From Spirochaetota bacterium (GTDB lineage: Bacteria; Spirochaetota; UBA4802; JAFGDQ01): a DNA stretch of 64,000 nucleotides. Of this stretch, positions 58,865-64,000 are shown in pieces. The DNA is taken from positions 320,001 to 384,000 of the forward strand of contig JAZDKB010000019.1 of the NCBI GenBank assembly GCA_043803405.1, written 5' to 3'. The stretch's first letter is position 1. The number at the start of each line of letters is the position of its first letter. The position numbers and the translations under genes were made by a program. The notes under the pieces were generated by a model, which was not told the origin of the DNA, did not search any database, and saw nothing but the letters and a program-made list of their open reading frames with translations.

Positions 58865-58894
58865 AATATAATTCAAAAGCACGTGTTTTGTCAA
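58865..58894 (-). promoter_or_regulatory. Sigma70-like promoter for the second TA pair with repeated ACGTGT boxes
   Basis: The minus strand reads TTGACA-N18-TATATT. ACGTGT occurs at 58858-58863 and 58881-58886. Confidence 0.45.
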
Positions 58895-58922
58895 TTATAA
58901 TTACGGATTTTTAAGCGCGTTT

Positions 58923-61088
58923 TTAATAATCATCCTGTTTTCTGTCAACAGGGCCGCGCACTTCGAAGCGAACGGAATCGGCTACGCTCCCGTTCTCGTC
59001 GCTAAGCGTAAGAGTGTAGTAGCCGGGCGCCGGTACCCAGCAGGCCGCGCCGTGCTTTCCGTCCGCACTGTTTCCGGCTACCTCTACAGGCATATCGTTC
59101 AGGTGCCATCGGCTTCCGCTTTTCTGCGGCTGCGATACAAAGAACACCTTTTGCAGCTCAGGAGGAATGTCCGGATCGAGCGCGAGTATGGCTCCCGAAG
59201 GCGGGTAAATGATCTTCTGGTTCAGCTGGCCTGTTTCCCTGTACTTATCATCCGGTTCCGTGCCCTGAATGAACCATTCCGCCCTCAAAGGCTCTCCTGC
59301 AAAGGGGGACACTTCTCTTCTCACGATATCCGGGGGCGGCTGCGCAGGCTTTCTGTTTTTCTCATTGCGATGAAGCCTTGCCATGACCTCTGCCCACACT
59401 GGTGCAGCTCCCGATATCCCGCTGACATCGCGCATTGCTTCACCGGTGAAGTTGCCTACCCATACGCCTACAGTGTACTTCTGAGAGTATCCTACGCACC
59501 AGTTGTCGCGCATGTCCTTGCTTGTGCCTGTCTTTACAGATGAGCGGAACCTTGTGGCAAGCGGGTTCTCCAGCCCGAATGTCGCGCTTCTTGCTTCCCT
59601 GTCGGACAGGATGTCGGACACGAGGAAAGCTGCCTCTGCCGAATACGCGCGTACTGTTTTCGGATGCTTTGCTTTATTTAGATAGAATGTAAGCTCCGAA
59701 TGCATTCCCCCGTTTGCCATGCATCTGTATGCATTGGTAAGCTCCCAAAGGCTCACGTCGATCGAGCCCAGTGCTGCAGACGGCCCGTAATAATCCCCTG
59801 ATTCACTGAGCCCCTTTATGCCCAGCCTGCGCAGCTTCGCTAGAAATGCTTCAATGCCTGTCATGGTCACTGTCCTTACTGCAGGTATATTGAGCGACGA
59901 AGCAAGTGCTGTCCGGGCTGTCACAAGTCCTTTGAAATTCGAATCGTAATTATGGGGACTGTATATGCCGGAGCTGACCTGTACATCGAGAGGCGCATCA
60001 TCAAGCACTGAGGCGGGCGTAAGTATTCTTTTCTCGAATGCCAGTGCATACAGGAAGGGCTTAAGCGTGGAGCCTGCCTGGCGCTTTGCCTGTACGCCGT
60101 CCACGTACCATCCCAGCGAGGGATCGGTTGTACAGCTAGCGTAAGCCAGCACCTGTCCTGTTTTGTTGTCAGCGACAAGCACGGCACCGTTGGCAACGTT
60201 CTGCGGGCTAAGTATGTTAAGGTGGTGGCGCAGGCGTTCTACAGCAAAGCGCTGTATTGCGCTGTCTATGGAGCAAGTGACCTTCTTTGCTTCTGACGGC
60301 TTTTTTATGAGGAGCCTTGCAGCATGGGGCGCAAGATCCGCGCCAGGCATTTTTTCCATATGGCCAGAGGCCACGCCGGACGCGGTTGCTTTTATTTCAT
60401 TTTCCTGCACAGGCCATCCCAGAGCCTTCTGAAGCAGCGACACCCTCCTGGCAAGGTCATCACTGCCTGCGTTGGGCGAGCGAATGAGCGAAGCAAGCAC
60501 AAGCGATTCGCCGTGGTTTAGCCCGTGCGGCGCCTTGCCGAACAGTCCGTGCGAAGCTGCCGCAATGCCCTGCAGCTCTCCGCGGAAATATATAAGGTTG
60601 AGATATGCTTCCAGTATTTCGCGCTTTGACCAGCTCTTCTCCAGTTCGCGCGCATCCAGTATCTGCTGCGTCTTTTGAAGCACCGTCCTTCTGCCTTTCT
60701 GCGGACGAAGCTCAGGATCGAGCGCCGAAGCAAGCTGCATTGTAATGGTGCTCGCCCCGCGCATCTTCTCTTCAGTCCCGCCTGTTATTGCCGCTCCTAT
60801 GGATAGGTAGTCGACTCCGGAATGTTCAAAGAAGCGCTTATCTTCCGCAATAATAACGGCAAGCAGAAGGGCAGGGGACATGTCGGCTACGCGGGTCCAC
60901 TCAAGCCTTCTCGCGCTCTTGTTAGTCCGGAGTTCGTACAGCGGCACGCCATTGCGGTCAACAAGCATGGTGTCGGACTTGGCATACGAAGCGCGCACTT
61001 CCTTATAAGACGGCAGCGCATTCGCTGCCTGTGCAATGAACGCAAAAGCAGTTATAAGTATGATATTCAGCTTTAATGATTTAAGCAT
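58923..61088 (-). CDS. pbpC: Penicillin-binding protein 1C
   Basis: EDKRFFEHSGVD, GASTITMQ, RQAGSTLKPF, SLN and KTGTS, plus a C-terminal BiPBP domain; adjacent to alpha-2-macroglobulin. Confidence 0.93.
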   Translation of the reverse strand: MLKSLKLNIILITAFAFIAQAANALPSYKEVRASYAKSDTMLVDRNGVPLYELRTNKSARRLEWTRVADMSPALLLAVIIAEDKRFFEHSGVDYLSIGAAITGGTEEKMRGASTITMQLASALDPELRPQKGRRTVLQKTQQILDARELEKSWSKREILEAYLNLIYFRGELQGIAAASHGLFGKAPHGLNHGESLVLASLIRSPNAGSDDLARRVSLLQKALGWPVQENEIKATASGVASGHMEKMPGADLAPHAARLLIKKPSEAKKVTCSIDSAIQRFAVERLRHHLNILSPQNVANGAVLVADNKTGQVLAYASCTTDPSLGWYVDGVQAKRQAGSTLKPFLYALAFEKRILTPASVLDDAPLDVQVSSGIYSPHNYDSNFKGLVTARTALASSLNIPAVRTVTMTGIEAFLAKLRRLGIKGLSESGDYYGPSAALGSIDVSLWELTNAYRCMANGGMHSELTFYLNKAKHPKTVRAYSAEAAFLVSDILSDREARSATFGLENPLATRFRSSVKTGTSKDMRDNWCVGYSQKYTVGVWVGNFTGEAMRDVSGISGAAPVWAEVMARLHRNEKNRKPAQPPPDIVRREVSPFAGEPLRAEWFIQGTEPDDKYRETGQLNQKIIYPPSGAILALDPDIPPELQKVFFVSQPQKSGSRWHLNDMPVEVAGNSADGKHGAACWVPAPGYYTLTLSDENGSVADSVRFEVRGPVDRKQDDY

Positions 61089-61164
61089 GATATTATCTGA
61101 AGAAGATTTTTCATGTATTGTAATTATACGCTGGCAAGATAATTGTCAAGATGGAAATGGGGAG

Positions 61165-61365
61165 ACCTCATCCGATGCCCTCACCCTCCGGCACCCTCTC
61201 TCTAAAACCCCTTCCGCCTTCGGCGGCTTTCCCCCTCGTCAGGGGGAACAATCTTTGCTGCACAGGTTGCTCCCCCTGAGTCCGGCCGCTTCTCCCCCTC
61301 TCCTTTTTTTTGGAGAGGGGGCTGGGGGGTGAGGTTAACAGGTTAGGGGGATGAGATAACCCCTC
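61165..61365. repeat. Cluster of nested C-rich/G-rich REP-like palindromes
   Basis: CCCTCACCCTCCGGCACCCTCTC...; CCGCCTTCGGCGG; TTCCCCCTCGTCAGGGGGAA; CCCCCTCTCC-T8-GGAGAGGGGGCTGGGGGGTGAGG. Confidence 0.65.
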
Positions 61366-64000
61366 CTATCTCCCAACCTCGATCGCCCTGTTGGGAATCT
61401 CCCCGAACATCTCTGGGAAGTAAAGAGCTTCAACCCGCGTTGTGGGGAGCTGGAACAGGCCGCCCTGGTTTATGCGTATTGTGTATTCCACTGTCCACTT
61501 TCCTTTGGGAACGTATTCGTAATATGCGCGGAAAGCTTCAAAGCTGCGCTCTTCGAATGCAGGCCACACGCGGCCCTTTCGCTCTTCGTCCTTTGTGAGT
61601 ATCTGCGAGTCGCGCGCAAGCCCCTTGCCGAGTATTGTCACCCCGGCAGGCACAGGGTCGCTTACAACCACCCATGTCTGGTCTGCCTGCGCTTCAACAT
61701 CGAGCCTTATGCGGTATATGTCGCCTGTTGTCCATTTGTCCTTAACCTTCTGCTCAACCGGGATTATCGTCTTTTTGATTTTGTACCCGCTCGAGAGAGG
61801 CTCCTTAAGCGGTATTGCCGCAAGGCTCCGGACAGTTGCCCACGGTTTACCTGTGCCCTTGTGGAAAATGCCAAGCTCGTCTTTTTTTGCAGGCCATGAG
61901 AAGAATGATTCTTTGCCGACTGGCGCTGCTTTCCACACAGTGTTCTGTGCCTGTCCTGCGAGTGAAGCGGAAGTGTCGCCTGTCACAGGCACGGACTCGA
62001 ATTTCTTTGAGAACTTCTCCATCGCAAGCACGCCCCAAGCGTTCGCGAGCGTAAGGTCCCATCTGCCCTGATGCTGCCTCGACAGCGCTCCAAGCACAAT
62101 GCGCGGCATGTCCTCCTTCCACATATCCGCGTTCACGAGCGAGAGCACAAGGCGCACGCTGTTCACGTCGTTGGATACCATCAGCCACCAGAGGCAGTCA
62201 GTGCCTTCTGTTGAGAAGCCCATGCGCGTGCCCTGGAAATTGAGGCGCGAGCGCAGAATGTGCTCCGCTTCCTTAATTTTATCTTTCCTGTTCTGTATGT
62301 CTTTAATATTCTGTAGGATATTGAACCAGTCTATTACTGCCGACGTAGGCCACAGGTTCGGGTCTATCGATATGGAGCCCAGAAGCTTTGCTTTGGCAAG
62401 GCCTGTCCTTGATATTGCTTCGATTGCTGAGAGCTTTTTGATCGCCAGGTCAGCAGTCTCGATCGGCGAGTAGCGCACTATCTTTCCCTCGATGAATTTC
62501 GTAAGCGCGTTTATGATCGTTGTTTCCGTGTCAGTTGTCATCTCCCATCCTGCTTCATTGCCTATAGCAAGGATGTAGGACGTGAGCGCAGGAGAGCCGT
62601 ACAGGCATGTGGGGAAATACTTCACAAGACCGTCGCTGTCCATGTACGAGTTTATATCGCTCATTGCCTTTTCCCACAAAGACTTGTCCCTTAGCGATAC
62701 CGCAATGGATACCCTCTGCTCCATGCATGTATAAGGATAGCTCTTCATGTACTCGGTAATGCCTGTCTGCCCCTGAGAGAGCTTCGGCTTAAGACTGACG
62801 CGTATGCCGCCCCTGCCGGGCACAGCATCCGCGGGGCGCTCCACAGTCATGCGGAAACTGTTTTCCACCTGCATAATAGTTGCCTGGTACGTGCGTACAG
62901 GAACTGCAGGCACAACCTTCTGATGAATCTTAATGCTGTCGCTTTTGCCTGTTTCCTTTTCCATGACCTGCGCTGTCCATGCAAGCTTTTCGATTCCGAA
63001 CGGAACTGTAGCGTCCCACCCGATCTCCTTTGCTTCTCCGGGCTGCAGCAGGGCTGTTACAGGCTTAAGGGCATCCGCAATACCCTCTGCCTGCACCGAC
63101 GCCGTTATATTCATTGCGCGGCCTGTTGTGTTTCGCAGCGTGAACTCCGCCCTGTATTTGTCGCCTTCGCGCACAAGCGGGGGCAGGCCGGCGAGTATCA
63201 TTAATTCCTGCGTTGACTGTATGGATGCTGCGCCCGAGCCGAACAGCCCTGAGCCGCCTGTTGCAACAGCAACTATCCTGAACGATGTGATTGAATCGTT
63301 CAGCGGTATTGTGGCTTTAGCTTCACCGTTCTTATCCAGCACAACCTTTCCCTTCCAGAGCAGCAGTGTATCGAACAGTTCGCGCGTAGTCTCCCTGCCG
63401 CCTCCGCCTCCCTGCGGCAGCGCCTTAAGGCCGAAATGGCGCCTGCCTATAACCTGCATCTGCGCTGTCGATGTGCTGATCTCGTACGGCCGCCTGCCCA
63501 TCATTGCTGTGAGTATGTCCCAGCTATGATTGGGCATAAGCTCCAGCAGCCCCTCGTCCACGGCAGCAAGCGCGACCTCTGTCCCCAGAGGAGGTATCTT
63601 ACCATCTGAAGTCTTTACTTTAATGTTTACTTCAGCTTTGCCGCGAATGTTGTATACTTTACGATCGGGCGTTACGCTTACCTTAAGCTCGTGCGCCTTC
63701 CAGCCCACCCTGATCTCCGCAATGCCGAGCTTGTAGGCGGGCCTTCCCATGTCAACCATGGCAGTAGGCTGCACGTCCGTAACGCGGCCGCGCACAACAA
63801 GAGCTGATACAAAGCAGTTGGGCGCGTACGTTCCCTTTACAGGCACCTCGATTACCGGCTTTGTGCCCGATATCTTTGTTACCCACGATTCTATGATTCC
63901 TTCCCTTTCAACCGCGACCAGGGCCGTAGCTTCCCTGAAAGGCATACGGAGCTGGAATACGGCTGTCTCGCCCGGCTCGTACTTCTTTCTTTCGGGCAGA
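61366..64000 (-). CDS. Bacterial alpha-2-macroglobulin (5' part beyond window)
   Basis: AVDEG, RELFDTLLLW, LNDSITSFRIVA, thioester motif YPYTCMEQ, and EALYFPEMFG. The frame is open to the window end. Confidence 0.93.
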   Translation of the reverse strand, partial: LPERKKYEPGETAVFQLRMPFREATALVAVEREGIIESWVTKISGTKPVIEVPVKGTYAPNCFVSALVVRGRVTDVQPTAMVDMGRPAYKLGIAEIRVGWKAHELKVSVTPDRKVYNIRGKAEVNIKVKTSDGKIPPLGTEVALAAVDEGLLELMPNHSWDILTAMMGRRPYEISTSTAQMQVIGRRHFGLKALPQGGGGGRETTRELFDTLLLWKGKVVLDKNGEAKATIPLNDSITSFRIVAVATGGSGLFGSGAASIQSTQELMILAGLPPLVREGDKYRAEFTLRNTTGRAMNITASVQAEGIADALKPVTALLQPGEAKEIGWDATVPFGIEKLAWTAQVMEKETGKSDSIKIHQKVVPAVPVRTYQATIMQVENSFRMTVERPADAVPGRGGIRVSLKPKLSQGQTGITEYMKSYPYTCMEQRVSIAVSLRDKSLWEKAMSDINSYMDSDGLVKYFPTCLYGSPALTSYILAIGNEAGWEMTTDTETTIINALTKFIEGKIVRYSPIETADLAIKKLSAIEAISRTGLAKAKLLGSISIDPNLWPTSAVIDWFNILQNIKDIQNRKDKIKEAEHILRSRLNFQGTRMGFSTEGTDCLWWLMVSNDVNSVRLVLSLVNADMWKEDMPRIVLGALSRQHQGRWDLTLANAWGVLAMEKFSKKFESVPVTGDTSASLAGQAQNTVWKAAPVGKESFFSWPAKKDELGIFHKGTGKPWATVRSLAAIPLKEPLSSGYKIKKTIIPVEQKVKDKWTTGDIYRIRLDVEAQADQTWVVVSDPVPAGVTILGKGLARDSQILTKDEERKGRVWPAFEERSFEAFRAYYEYVPKGKWTVEYTIRINQGGLFQLPTTRVEALYFPEMFGEIPNRAIEVGR

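Noticed and set aside
61036..61332. 98-aa Pro-rich plus-strand ORF
   Set aside because: It is a translation of the C-rich palindromic repeat cluster.

Overview
Bacterial chromosomal window of 64 kb, most likely from an anaerobic spirochaete. The evidence is a flgB-flgC-fliE-fliF-fliG-fliH-fliI-fliJ block followed by a lytic transglycosylase and an FlbB-like flagellar collar gene, interspersed with signalling and anaerobic-metabolism genes whose architectures recall Desulfobacterota/Syntrophales. From left to right it holds: a partial Na+/solute symporter; PAS, PqiA-like and Cys-rich genes; a CZB chemoreceptor; a Cus-type Cu/Ag RND operon with a stand-alone twin Met-rich metal-binding protein and a 21-bp tandem array between cusB and cusA; a PP2C phosphatase, a DUF4139 protein and lipoproteins; an unexplained four-gene signalling/small-molecule locus; an Omp85-like plus LolA-like pair at the tail of the flagellar operon; paaK-ACT-iorAB; two PIN toxin-antitoxin pairs bracketing cinA, two large PAS hybrid kinases and a short S1; then pbpC and a partial alpha-2-macroglobulin. 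The four-gene locus comprises an enolase-superfamily/Cys-nucleophile hydrolase fusion, a B12 radical SAM, a V4R-GAF hybrid kinase and a PilZ/GNAT-like protein. Several distinct families of short palindromic intergenic elements are present, but no transposase, rRNA, tRNA or CRISPR array was recognised. The best candidate for an undescribed system is the 21.5-30.5 kb locus. All calls come from motif reading by eye; no searches were run.
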